Assembly: GCA_965208615.1 (NCBI GenBank)
Contig: CBDBPB010000004.1
Span: 480,001-544,000, forward strand
Direction of reading: 5' to 3'
DNA from: Spirochaetota bacterium
GTDB taxonomy: Bacteria; Spirochaetota; UBA6919; CBDBPB01
Length of the DNA stretch: 64,000 bases
A program made the position numbers and the translations under genes. Within the stretch, counting starts at the first letter, position 1; the number at the start of each line of letters is the position of its first letter. Positions 54,708 to 64,000 of the stretch are shown here, piece by piece. The notes under the pieces are model-generated. The model did not search any database and was not told the origin of the DNA. It saw only the letters and a list, made by a program, of their open reading frames with translations.

Positions 54708-54871
54708 TAAAAGTCCTGTTTATGAATTATCACAAGTAAAAAAGTTCTTTCATTTTGTCAATAATAATTATGTCTTAAATAAAGATAACTAAAAAAAATA
54801 ACAGTATTGGCTGTTATAATATAGTTTTTATTTATTATAATAAAGTATTATCTTAAGTTATAAAATTCAAT

Positions 54872-55837
54872 ATGATCAGATTAAAGTATATAACTATATT
54901 TATAACTATTTTCCTACTAACTGGATATAACTGTAATCCACGGACTAAAGTAAAAGAGACTATAATAGATAAAAATACTTTAACCTATGAAGATAAACTA
55001 GAACCTACTAAGAAAGCTGTTACAAAACCTAAAAAAGCCATTAGAAAACCTATAGTAAAACCTGAAAAAACTATTAGAAAGCCTATAGTAAAACCTAAAA
55101 AAGCCATTAGAAAGCCTATAGTAAAACCTAAAAAAACTATTAAAAAATCTATAGTAAAACCTAAAAAAACTATTAAAAAATCTATAGTAAAACCTGAAAA
55201 AACTATTAAAAAATCTATAGTAAAAAATAGAAAAGAAATATTAAAAGAACTCTACAAAAAATATAAACAGGACTTTAAAAAAAGAACTGAACTACTAAAG
55301 CAAAATATCTTAATGACCCCTAAAGAAGAAAAAAACTTTGATAAAAAACTAATAACTAATATTAAATTACAAAATAAGTCCATAAAACATGAACTGCTAG
55401 GATGCTCTATAGAAGCACCTAAAACATTTAAAAAAATAAATCATAATCCTAACCTATGGCAACTACTTTATAGCAAAAATAAAACTAATATAAAGCTTTT
55501 TATTGGTATATCAAAAGAAAAAGTTAAAGCAGATAAGCTGTTTGAACAGCTAAAAACTAAATATACAAAACTTGGTAGTATAAAATGGCCTAAACATAGT
55601 CAACTTAAAAAAGATCAGCTTAAAAAACATAATGCACTAACAGGACTATATACAAAAACCTCATACATAACAACTAACTTTACTAATTTAATATATATAA
55701 GCGTATTCCAAAATAAAAATAACACTGCATTTATAATAGGAGTACTATCCCTAGGTAGTAATAATAAAAAAGATAATACCTTAAAGTCTTTAGGGTTAAT
55801 AGTAAATAAGATTTTACAATCTTTTGTATTTATATAA
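54872..55837 (+). CDS. Lipoprotein with Lys/Pro-rich repeat stalk
   Basis: Signal peptide ending TGYN-C; KPKKAIRKPIV repeats; C-terminal globular domain. Confidence 0.8.
   Translation: MIRLKYITIFITIFLLTGYNCNPRTKVKETIIDKNTLTYEDKLEPTKKAVTKPKKAIRKPIVKPEKTIRKPIVKPKKAIRKPIVKPKKTIKKSIVKPKKTIKKSIVKPEKTIKKSIVKNRKEILKELYKKYKQDFKKRTELLKQNILMTPKEEKNFDKKLITNIKLQNKSIKHELLGCSIEAPKTFKKINHNPNLWQLLYSKNKTNIKLFIGISKEKVKADKLFEQLKTKYTKLGSIKWPKHSQLKKDQLKKHNALTGLYTKTSYITTNFTNLIYISVFQNKNNTAFIIGVLSLGSNNKKDNTLKSLGLIVNKILQSFVFI
55001..55224 (+). repeat. 33-bp coding tandem repeat (about 6-7 copies)
   Basis: AAACCTAAAAAA(GCC/ACT)ATTA(G/A)AAA..CTATAGTA units. Confidence 0.9.
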
Positions 55838-55880
55838 TATATTTATTACATTTTAGTTATTATTAACATTGAGGTTAAAT

Positions 55881-56942
55881 ATGGCATACCTATCTTATAA
55901 AAAAACTATTTTAATATTAATCTTTATTATCCCCTTATTCGCCTGTGGAGATAACTATACCATGACGGATAAAGATGATATTAGCTTCTCTGAGGGCATA
56001 CTTTATACGACCATTGCATATAGAGAAGGTACTCCTACCCTTAATAATATTACTTTTATTATAGAGCTTACTGATAAATCATATCAATATAATATAACCT
56101 TAAAAGCTAATACACAAACTACTGTACTATTACCCTTAAAAGCAGGACAATACTACTTCTCTATGGTAAATGGCGAAGCCGATCCCGACTTTAGCACAGT
56201 AGGTAATAAAAATGTTAGCTATCTTTACGGAAATATGTATGAAAATATTTTTGAGGTTAAACCAGGTAAAATAAACTATATTGGAAAAATATTAGTACAA
56301 GTTAACCTACGTCGGCTGGGTAAGATGTTTAAACTATCAGTTCCTGATTCTCCAACAATTAATAGGGATTTTTACTTTTTTTCATCTTATTCCAAAAAAG
56401 ATATAGAAAAATTAGAAAATAAGTTCCCTAGATTAACTAAGAAATATCTACCTGTAAAGCAAAAGATCACTTTTGGACTCGAAAGTACAAAAATTAAAAA
56501 TAGCTATAATAAACCGCTATTTTCATACGGATATGGAGGAGAAAGCTATGGTAAAGATCCACAAGGATATAACAGCTATAAATGGGGAATGAGCCTAAAT
56601 GAAATAAAATCATTACTAAAATCAGAAAATAAAAACTATAATATCATAAATAAAAATCATATTGTCGATAAAACTATTAAAGATAGTCAAATTAACTTTT
56701 ATCTTTCTAAAACAGATATTCCACAGTGGAAAGGAAAACTATATAAAATAGATTTTTATCTTAATAAAAATCCAGACTCTATAAAGGAGTCCATAATAAA
56801 GAATCATGGCTTTCCAACAAAACAAAAAAATAAATGGATATGGGAATTATCTAAAACTATTATAACCCTTGAGGGCAAAGGTAATAACTGTACACTAACC
56901 TATTATAGCAAAGGATACAAGGCTTTGGAGGAAAATATATAA
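55881..56942 (+). CDS. Hypothetical lipoprotein
   Basis: Lipobox LFA-C; LKAGQYYF...FEVKPGKINYIG beta domain and a KWGMS-type C-terminal domain. Confidence 0.75.
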   Translation: MAYLSYKKTILILIFIIPLFACGDNYTMTDKDDISFSEGILYTTIAYREGTPTLNNITFIIELTDKSYQYNITLKANTQTTVLLPLKAGQYYFSMVNGEADPDFSTVGNKNVSYLYGNMYENIFEVKPGKINYIGKILVQVNLRRLGKMFKLSVPDSPTINRDFYFFSSYSKKDIEKLENKFPRLTKKYLPVKQKITFGLESTKIKNSYNKPLFSYGYGGESYGKDPQGYNSYKWGMSLNEIKSLLKSENKNYNIINKNHIVDKTIKDSQINFYLSKTDIPQWKGKLYKIDFYLNKNPDSIKESIIKNHGFPTKQKNKWIWELSKTIITLEGKGNNCTLTYYSKGYKALEENI

Positions 56943-57008
56943 ATAATAATTTTAATACTTGATCTCTATTATAATCTTAACTATTATAATTAATATAACT
57001 AATTATAA

Positions 57009-58059
57009 AAAAGGTGGATACATGAGTCGTAAGTTAAGCGTATTATTATTTTCCATTTTGGCTATAACATATCAGCCTAAGGTATATCCTATTGATAATT
57101 ATAAGGTTAACCAAAGACTAAATGTACTTGCCTCTAGTCTTAATATGAGGACTAGCCCATCTATAAAGGCTAAAGTTATTAGGTCTATCCCCTATGGTGC
57201 AAGGGTAAGGGTTTTATCTAAAACTCGTAATAGATATTTATCCAACGGTATTAAGGGATATTGGGTTGAAGTGTTATACAAAAATAAGGTTGGATATATC
57301 TTTGATGGATATTTAACTCGCTTTCCTGTACCCCATAAGTCTTGTAAAACTATTGAACAGTATGCAAATAAACACCTTACTAGGATTGCTAAGCCTAAGT
57401 ATACAAAAAATGGAGTTATACACAGATACAAGGGAGCAAAGATAATTATAGAAAGTGGACATGAATATGGTTTTGAGATGTTAATTATTAAAGGAATGTC
57501 TTTAGAAGAGGCATATCTTATATCTAAACTTTGCTATTCTAAGAATAAATACCCAATTCACAAGGCTATTAAACAGAGTTCTTTTAAACTAAACAAAAAA
57601 GGAGAGATTCATATTATTGAGTTAGACAGTATTCACAGTGATTTTGGGAGTACCTACAGCCTTAAAATTAAAAAAAGCCCTAATGGGTATACATATATAG
57701 ATTTTGGATACACTTTATAAGTTCTTTATAAAAGGTGGATATATGAGTCGTAAGTTAAGCGTATTATTATTTTCCATTTTGGCTATAATATATCACTCTA
57801 AGGTATATCCTATTGATAATTATAAGGTTAACCAAAGGCTAAATGTGCTTGCCTCTAGCCTTAATATGAGGAATAGCCCATCTATAAAGGCTAAAATTAT
57901 TAGGTCTATCCCCTATGGTGCAAGGGTAAGGGTTTTATCTAAAACTCGTAATAGGTATTTATCCAACGGTATTAAGGGATATTGGGTTGAAGTGTTATAC
58001 AAAAATAAGGCTGGATATATCTTTGATGGATATTTAACTCGTTTTCCTGTACCTCATAA
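57009..58059 (+). repeat. Direct repeat of about 330 bp (57009-57338 and 57730-58059) covering RBS, signal peptide and SH3b domain
   Basis: Near-identical nucleotide sequence at an offset of 721 nt. Confidence 0.9.
57022..57720 (+). CDS. Secreted SH3b-domain protein, copy 1
   Basis: AAGGTGG SD; signal peptide; SLNMRTSPS...IPYGARVRV...GYWVEV...GYIFDGYL. Confidence 0.85.
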   Translation: MSRKLSVLLFSILAITYQPKVYPIDNYKVNQRLNVLASSLNMRTSPSIKAKVIRSIPYGARVRVLSKTRNRYLSNGIKGYWVEVLYKNKVGYIFDGYLTRFPVPHKSCKTIEQYANKHLTRIAKPKYTKNGVIHRYKGAKIIIESGHEYGFEMLIIKGMSLEEAYLISKLCYSKNKYPIHKAIKQSSFKLNKKGEIHIIELDSIHSDFGSTYSLKIKKSPNGYTYIDFGYTL

Positions 58060-58456
58060 AACATGTAAAAGCCTTAAACAGTATGTAAATAAAGGTTTTA
58101 CTAAGATTGACAATAAACCTATAAAGATAATTGATCCCTATAAAAGTACTGACAGTCATTATTCTAAATATATGCAGAGATATAAAGGAGCAAAGCTAAT
58201 TGTAGAAGAAGGATATGAATACGGTTATGAGATTTTAATTATTAAAGGAATCTCTTTAGAAGAGGCATACCTTATAGCTAAGCTCTCTTATTCTAATAGT
58301 ATACTATATATTAATAAGGCTATTAAAAAGAGCTCATTTAGCCTGAACAGTAAAGGAGAAGTTTATATTAAAGCTGGTATTAATGGTACCCAAAGCGTTA
58401 AAATTAGAAAAAACTCTAAAGGGTATACATATATAATTTTTGAATACGGTGCATAA
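57743..58456 (+). CDS. Secreted SH3b-domain protein, copy 2
   Basis: Same N-terminal half as copy 1; diverged C-terminal half. Confidence 0.85.
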   Translation: MSRKLSVLLFSILAIIYHSKVYPIDNYKVNQRLNVLASSLNMRNSPSIKAKIIRSIPYGARVRVLSKTRNRYLSNGIKGYWVEVLYKNKAGYIFDGYLTRFPVPHKTCKSLKQYVNKGFTKIDNKPIKIIDPYKSTDSHYSKYMQRYKGAKLIVEEGYEYGYEILIIKGISLEEAYLIAKLSYSNSILYINKAIKKSSFSLNSKGEVYIKAGINGTQSVKIRKNSKGYTYIIFEYGA

Positions 58457-58480
58457 TTATTAAATAAATAATAGGTTATT

Positions 58481-60331
58481 ATGAAGCTGGTTATCGTTAT
58501 AACACTTTTTTTATTTACCAGTCCTATATACCCAGGACAGGTAACAGTAGGCTATTTTTCTAATAAGTCCAAAACCAATTGGGACTGGCTTTCTATAGGT
58601 ATTAGCTATTCTATAATAGATGGACTCCAATTTGTTAAAAACCTAGCCCTTGTTAACTTTAATACTGCTTATTATTCTCTTAACAGGTCCAAAAATAAGG
58701 ATAAGTTCCTTTTTGGTGCAAGTACTAACTATCTTATTTTTGGAGAGTATAAAATAAATAATAATAGTTTATATATTAGGGTTAAGATTTTAAATATCCA
58801 GAGTAAAAAGCTTGTTGAGTTTAGAGATACAGGTCAACTGAAAGACTTTTCTAATAATCTTACCAACATAACAATAAAAATTGCAAATTATATACTAAGT
58901 AATATTAATAAGCCTTATGTCTATCTGGAAAAGAAAAGCCTATTAAATTACAGAAGGCATAATCCTCTTAATATAGAGTTTTTACGTCAGTATATGAGGG
59001 CATGGGATTATGCAATGAAAGAAGATAGCATTAATACCATAGCCTATTGCAAAAGAGGATTATTATATTCACCTAATAATTTAAGTGCCATATTGCTTAT
59101 GGCTAAGGCTCATGCATTAAGAAGTGAATATATTTTTGCTAATAAGCTACTTAAGGATGTTTTTTTATTATCGTCCAAATGGTTAGTTAGGATTTATTTA
59201 ACTTATGCTAGTTATGAACTCGGTTTATTATACCACATTAGGGGGGATTATAAAAAGGCTTTCAGACTGCTTAAGAAGGTAGCTAAGCTTAATAATGAGA
59301 TGGGTGATAAGCTTTTGTATGGCAGAATATTAAATCGTATTGCTTATTTATATTTTCTAAAAGGAGAACATACAAAAGCAAGAGCATACTACGATAATGC
59401 ATTACAAACGTTTATGATATTGGATAGTCAAAAAGATATTGCTATAACTCGTCGTTTTTTCGCATTTTATTACCATACTCGCGGGAATTATGTTTTAGCC
59501 AGTCGTCTTTTGACTATTGCTTTAAAGGCTCATAAAAATAATGCAAATAATATTGAAATAATTAATGACTATATTCTCAAAGGAAATATAGAAAGGGCTA
59601 CTGGAAAGTATAATGAGGCTATATCATCGTATAAAACAGCATTAGGAGGTACAAGGTTATTAAATCTTAGAATAACAGAAGGCAAAATATATAACTTAAT
59701 GGCATCTGCTTATGATCTTCTTGGAGAAAAAGAAGTTGCTAAAACAATGGTTAACAAAGCAATCAAAGATCAGAAAGCCATTCACGATCTAAAAGGACTA
59801 GCTATAACATATAACAACCTTGGACTAATCTATTATACATCATCTTTATATAAAGAATCATTAGAATATTATAAAAAATCCCTTAATATTAACTTAAACC
59901 TTGACTTAAAGTATGCAATAGCTCGGGATTATACTAATATAGGGTTAGTTTTTAGTTCTAATGAGGAATATGATAAGGCAATCAGCTATTATAATAAGGC
60001 ACTTAACCTACGAAAGACCTTGGATGATCGTATAGGAATTGCTATAACAAAAAATAGTTTTGCTTTGTTGTATATTAATAAAGATAGTAATTACGATAAG
60101 GCTTTGGATATTTATCAGCAATCGATTAGTGATATGAAAAAAGAAGGTTATAATGAGGGAGTGGCTATTAGCTATTGGATGATGGGTATTATTTATGAAA
60201 AACAAGGATTATATACTTTAGCGATAAATAGTTATATAAGCTCCCGGGATTTATTTTTGGAGTTAAACCATAACAATTATAAAAACCTTAATATTGCTAT
60301 TAAGCAGTTAGAACACAAAATAAAGAAATAA
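58481..60331 (+). CDS. Secreted TPR protein with N-terminal CsgG/TolB-N-like domain
   Basis: Signal peptide; VGYFSN...WDWLSIGI; many TPRs (AITYNNLGLIY, ARDYTNIGLVF). Confidence 0.85.
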   Translation: MKLVIVITLFLFTSPIYPGQVTVGYFSNKSKTNWDWLSIGISYSIIDGLQFVKNLALVNFNTAYYSLNRSKNKDKFLFGASTNYLIFGEYKINNNSLYIRVKILNIQSKKLVEFRDTGQLKDFSNNLTNITIKIANYILSNINKPYVYLEKKSLLNYRRHNPLNIEFLRQYMRAWDYAMKEDSINTIAYCKRGLLYSPNNLSAILLMAKAHALRSEYIFANKLLKDVFLLSSKWLVRIYLTYASYELGLLYHIRGDYKKAFRLLKKVAKLNNEMGDKLLYGRILNRIAYLYFLKGEHTKARAYYDNALQTFMILDSQKDIAITRRFFAFYYHTRGNYVLASRLLTIALKAHKNNANNIEIINDYILKGNIERATGKYNEAISSYKTALGGTRLLNLRITEGKIYNLMASAYDLLGEKEVAKTMVNKAIKDQKAIHDLKGLAITYNNLGLIYYTSSLYKESLEYYKKSLNINLNLDLKYAIARDYTNIGLVFSSNEEYDKAISYYNKALNLRKTLDDRIGIAITKNSFALLYINKDSNYDKALDIYQQSISDMKKEGYNEGVAISYWMMGIIYEKQGLYTLAINSYISSRDLFLELNHNNYKNLNIAIKQLEHKIKK

Positions 60332-60341
60332 AGCTTTTGTT

Positions 60342-61718
60342 TTAGAGTAGCTCTTTCCACAAAGAACCACTTGCCCATTTTAGGTTTAGGATATTTAATC
60401 TAAGTTTTAAGGTTGACTGTTGATATTCTATTTTATAATATATTTCTTTTTCTTTGGCCTCAATAACGTCTTCCATACCTTTTTTACCTAAGCTATACTC
60501 AACATCTGCCTTTTTAAATAGTCCCTTAGCTATTTCTACATTCAACATAGAAAGTTTAACCTTATTTTTTGCCTCTATTAGCTTGTGATAGGCCTCTAAT
60601 AGTTGATCCTTAATTTTAAATTTAATATTTCTAACTTCTGCCATAGTCTTTTGATAAAGGCTTTTATACTGTTCACGTACTACTTTGTTATTGGACTTTC
60701 TATCAAATATCTTCAAGGCAACAGAACCCTCAACATTTACAGAGTTAACATTTGGATTATTACGAATACCTAATTCAGAGTCAACTTTTACGTCATCCAA
60801 TAGGGCCATAGAGAAAGTCAAAAAAACTGACCACTCATTACTAGTAAAATCCATTTTATCATGACCTAAAGATTTAACATCCGCAAAGAGACTTATTTTA
60901 GGATAAAAAACACTTCTTTCGATTTCATATAATTCTTTTGCAATCTTAGCCTCATAATGTTTTTCTTTTATTTTCCAGTGTCCCCTAACAGACTCCCTAA
61001 GGAGCTTTTCGAAAGAAATATTTTCAGATATTGTTATATTATTACTATCCAAAAGGCTAATATCATTATTAATATTTAGTTTGTGCAAGAGTTCTAATTT
61101 TTTTCTATATAGGTCATTATTAGCAGATATAATATTATTTTTAGTTTGGATAAGCAATCCCTCAGAAAGAAGTACATCTAGTTGCACGGCTTTTTTAAGT
61201 TTGAACCTTGCTTTAGTCAGTTTATAGATTTTTAATGCCTTATCGTATTCTTTTTTTCTTATTTTGGCTATATTTTCCAGTCCTAAAATGGTATAGTATA
61301 AGGTGGATATTTCTTTATAAAGGTCATTCAGTCTTTTTTTTATACGGATTCTATTTAGTATTAGCTGACTTTTTGCTTTATAGTTGTTATAGATAATCGC
61401 CCTGTCATATATGGGGAGTTCAAGGCTGTTCTGAAAAGTAAATATAGTAGCTCCCCTTTGATTGCTAAAAGAAAAAGAATTACTTTTACTGAACTTAGAT
61501 GTTATTCTTGGATAAAAATCCTTAACAGCTTCTTTTTTAGTTATGTGAAATACTTTTCTATCAAACTTTAGTTTTTTTAGTTCGAGGTCTTGATTCTGAG
61601 CCATTATAAGGCTGTTTCTAAGGCTAAGTGATCGTGCAAAAGAGGGTTTATAGGCATTTAGAACTACAATCAAGATAGAGCAGGCTAAAACAATAAGCTT
61701 AACAACTTTATAGTACAT
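60342..61718 (-). CDS. TolC-family outer membrane efflux protein
   Basis: Signal peptide; two OEP-like halves (FYPRIT / FYPKIS, ARFKLKKAVQLDVL, EYSLGKKGMEDVIEA, ASG C-terminus). Confidence 0.8.
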   Translation of the reverse strand: MYYKVVKLIVLACSILIVVLNAYKPSFARSLSLRNSLIMAQNQDLELKKLKFDRKVFHITKKEAVKDFYPRITSKFSKSNSFSFSNQRGATIFTFQNSLELPIYDRAIIYNNYKAKSQLILNRIRIKKRLNDLYKEISTLYYTILGLENIAKIRKKEYDKALKIYKLTKARFKLKKAVQLDVLLSEGLLIQTKNNIISANNDLYRKKLELLHKLNINNDISLLDSNNITISENISFEKLLRESVRGHWKIKEKHYEAKIAKELYEIERSVFYPKISLFADVKSLGHDKMDFTSNEWSVFLTFSMALLDDVKVDSELGIRNNPNVNSVNVEGSVALKIFDRKSNNKVVREQYKSLYQKTMAEVRNIKFKIKDQLLEAYHKLIEAKNKVKLSMLNVEIAKGLFKKADVEYSLGKKGMEDVIEAKEKEIYYKIEYQQSTLKLRLNILNLKWASGSLWKELL

Positions 61719-61744
61719 AATATAACTGTGTTATAGTGTTATAA

Positions 61745-62551
61745 CTATCCAATTTTAAAGGCCATATTATGGTCACGATTTGTCATTCGTAATTTAGTAT
61801 CCTCTATACGCTTTATATAACTTTTTTTAGTTAACTTCATTTCCATAAATAGCTTATATAGTTCTATCTCGAATGATAAGGCCTCACAAATGGCAAATGT
61901 TAGATTTTTACATTTTGCTAATTCTATAATCATATGTCTAGTATTTAGTCTATGGGGATTAGCAAAGCTTCTAATTTTTTGTGCACTAATAGGATCCATC
62001 TTACCGCCAACAGAGGTAAGTTTATTTTTATTTTTAACTCGTTCGATAATATCTATAATAACGTCTATTACTTTATTGTGGTTAACGGGGTAGTCCATAG
62101 AGCCTGCAAGATCACTTCTACCAACAGTAACCTGATTAACAAGGTCAAACAGAGGATGCATTATTATACTATTTATATTATAGTACCCTGTAATAGTTTC
62201 GAGATTTATTAGGATACTAAGTTTTTTTAGTTTATCTTTGGCCAGTTCTTTTACCGTAGTGATAAAATTAATGAATCCGTAATCTGATTCAATCATGGGA
62301 GCAAGTATACCATCTACTTTTATATTAAGGCATTCTCTAATATCGTTTCTGGCTTCTGGGCCTCCGATTTTCACTGTCATAGGGACTATATTCATAGATA
62401 TATCTCTTAGCAGAAACAATTCTTCAAAAGACATATCCTCTACTTCAGTACCACCTTTTACTCCGATTATACCATAGCTTTCTCTTAGGTACCATAGTTT
62501 TTTTCTTAGTCGTTCTTTCATAGTTTTGCTATCCGGAAGTTTATAAAACAT
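61745..62551 (-). CDS. HpcH/HpaI aldolase / citrate lyase beta-like protein
   Basis: KIGGPEARNDI, GILAPMIES, INLET and TVGRSDLAGS motifs. Confidence 0.82.
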   Translation of the reverse strand: MFYKLPDSKTMKERLRKKLWYLRESYGIIGVKGGTEVEDMSFEELFLLRDISMNIVPMTVKIGGPEARNDIRECLNIKVDGILAPMIESDYGFINFITTVKELAKDKLKKLSILINLETITGYYNINSIIMHPLFDLVNQVTVGRSDLAGSMDYPVNHNKVIDVIIDIIERVKNKNKLTSVGGKMDPISAQKIRSFANPHRLNTRHMIIELAKCKNLTFAICEALSFEIELYKLFMEMKLTKKSYIKRIEDTKLRMTNRDHNMAFKIG

Positions 62552-62556
62552 GATTT

Positions 62557-62584
62557 GTATCGGCAGTATTAAAATTATGATTAG
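62557..62584 (-). promoter_or_regulatory. Candidate sigma-28 promoter, near-leaderless, for aldolase-tolC
   Basis: CTAA-N16-GCCGATAC ending 5 nt before the ATG; no SD visible. Confidence 0.45.
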
Positions 62585-62710
62585 TTATTTTATAATGTTA
62601 ATAATCTTTATAATAAATTATAAGATGAATTAGCTTAATCCTAATGCTAACTACTATCTATTATAGAGAGTTATAACATATTAGACCCTTTAAAAAAAAA
62701 TATAAATCGC

Positions 62711-62739
62711 TTGACAGTAAAAACTATTTTTTTTATCTT
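62711..62739 (+). promoter_or_regulatory. Sigma-70 promoter for the cysM operon
   Basis: TTGACA-17 nt-TATCTT; the track's TTG start at 62711 is this -35 box. Confidence 0.6.
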
Positions 62740-62753
62740 AAAAAAAAGCCAAT

Positions 62754-62781
62754 ATAGACTATTATACTCTAATAGGTCTAT
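62754..62781 (+). promoter_or_regulatory. Putative Rrf2-family (CymR/IscR-like) operator
   Basis: Inverted repeat ATAGACTATTA-tactc-TAATAGGTCTAT between the promoter and the cysM start. Confidence 0.45.
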
Positions 62782-62812
62782 TAATTATATCTTTAGCATG
62801 CCACTTAGCTTA

Positions 62813-63745
62813 ATGAATACCATAACGTTATTTAAAGAAAAGGGTAGTAAAATAGATATTCTAAGTAACATTGGAAATACACCTTTAATAGAAATAAAAC
62901 GGATTACAAAGGACTTAAATAAAAATATTAGAGTGCTTGCTAAACTAGAAGCATTTAATCCAGGTGGATCAGTTAAAGATAGACCAGCTCTAAGAATGAT
63001 AGAAAGAGGTGAAGAAACTGGCTCATTAAATAAAACTAAAACTATACTAGATTCTACTTCTGGTAATACAGGTATAGCACTCGCTATGATTGGAGCAGTT
63101 AAAGGCTATAACGTAGAATTGGTAATGCCAGAAAACGTTAGCGAAGAACGTAAGATTATGCTAAATGCCTATGGAGCAAAATCAATATACTCCGATCCAC
63201 TAGACGGATCCGATGGAGCAATACTCTTAGCTAAAGAAATCTATAAAAAAAATCCAGATAAATACTTTATACCTGATCAATATAATAATCCAGAAAACTG
63301 GAAAGCTCACTACTACGGAACAGCTCAGGAAATTATAAGAGATACCAATGGACAAATAACTCATTTTTTGGCTTGCATAGGTACAAGCGGTACTCTTGTA
63401 GGTACCAGTAAAAAACTTTTGGAATATAATCCTAATATTATTACTCATGGAATACAGCCTGCTGAGGCTTTTCATGGTCTAGAAGGGCTTAAACACATTG
63501 CTAGCTCCATTGTACCAGGAATATATAATTTAGACTTTGAGTCGAGGAGTATTTTTGTCGATACTCAAAAATCTTATGATATGGTAAGACGCTTGGCAAA
63601 AGAAGAAGGCTTATTCGTTGGCTTATCCTCCGGTGCCGCTATGCTAGGGGTTATGGAATATGCAAAAAATATTAGCAAAGGTATAATTGTAACTATATTC
63701 CCCGATAATGGAGAAAAGTATTTTAGTCATCGCTTGTTTAGTTAA
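62813..63745 (+). CDS. cysM: Cysteine synthase, CysM-like
   Basis: IGNTPL, KLEAFNPGGSVKDR (PLP Lys), DSTSGNTG, QYNNPEN, IGTSGT, GLSSGA and PDNGEKY motifs. Confidence 0.9.
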   Translation: MNTITLFKEKGSKIDILSNIGNTPLIEIKRITKDLNKNIRVLAKLEAFNPGGSVKDRPALRMIERGEETGSLNKTKTILDSTSGNTGIALAMIGAVKGYNVELVMPENVSEERKIMLNAYGAKSIYSDPLDGSDGAILLAKEIYKKNPDKYFIPDQYNNPENWKAHYYGTAQEIIRDTNGQITHFLACIGTSGTLVGTSKKLLEYNPNIITHGIQPAEAFHGLEGLKHIASSIVPGIYNLDFESRSIFVDTQKSYDMVRRLAKEEGLFVGLSSGAAMLGVMEYAKNISKGIIVTIFPDNGEKYFSHRLFS

Positions 63746-63754
63746 AGGTAAATT

Positions 63755-64000
63755 ATGAACCTATCAATAACTATAAAAAAAACTATGATGGATAATATAT
63801 ATAATCACTGTAAAAATGAATATCCTTATGAATGCTGTGGAATCCTAATTGGTGATTATGACTCCATGAGTGTTAAAAAAGTTATTATGACTAAAAATGC
63901 TAATAAAAAACCTGACTGGTTTGAGATTCATCCCGATGACTATCAAAAAGCCTATGACATCGCTGATAAAGAATCTATGGATATTATTGGCTTTTATCAT
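63755..64000 (+). CDS. JAB/MPN (Mov34, M67) metallopeptidase, Mec-like; runs off the window end
   Basis: Manual translation: MNLSITIKKTMMDNIYNHCKNEYPYECCGILIG...FEIHPDD...DIIGFYH, leading into the expected HSH motif; AAAGG SD. Confidence 0.88.
   Translation, partial: MNLSITIKKTMMDNIYNHCKNEYPYECCGILIGDYDSMSVKKVIMTKNANKKPDWFEIHPDDYQKAYDIADKESMDIIGFYH

Noticed and set aside
62711-62812. N-terminal extensions from the ORF track (cysM, also rsfS, rlpA and the SH3 genes)
   Set aside because: The extensions overlap promoter elements or upstream genes; downstream ATGs fit the RBS or family starts better.

Overview
AT-rich bacterial chromosome window (GC roughly 30% or less, judged by eye). It most likely comes from an uncultured Spirochaetota lineage: RpoC begins [20 protein letters not shown], there is a tRNA-Arg(GCG), a stand-alone tRNA-Ala(UGC), fliS and Leptospira-type LRR lipoproteins. 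It opens with the tRNA-Thr/tRNA-Trp-secE-nusG-rplKAJL-rpoBC cluster on the minus strand, without tuf or rpmG. The rest is dispersed housekeeping genes (coaD, cobQ, pepF, ilvC, rsmA, ptsP, glnA, FNR, sirC, dcd, pyrE, pckA, rlpA, rsfS, glnS, gltX, cysM), seven tRNAs in total and many secreted or lipoprotein genes with repeats. About 13 single-base indels, mostly in homopolymers, break essential genes and look like long-read consensus errors. I see no CRISPR array, integrase, prophage or intact transposase, and no clear-cut new multi-gene system. The best leads are: a LIM-like/DA1-like pseudo-peptidase paired with a tail-anchored protein; a DEDDh exonuclease-WYL fusion; two unannotated helical paralogs; an uncalled 55-aa ORF; sigma-28-like promoters in front of non-flagellar genes; a MITE-like intergenic element; a tandem SH3 pair with divergent C-termini; and a CysM + JAB/Mec sulfur-carrier-type locus with a putative Rrf2 operator. 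All family assignments come from motif recognition, not database searches.
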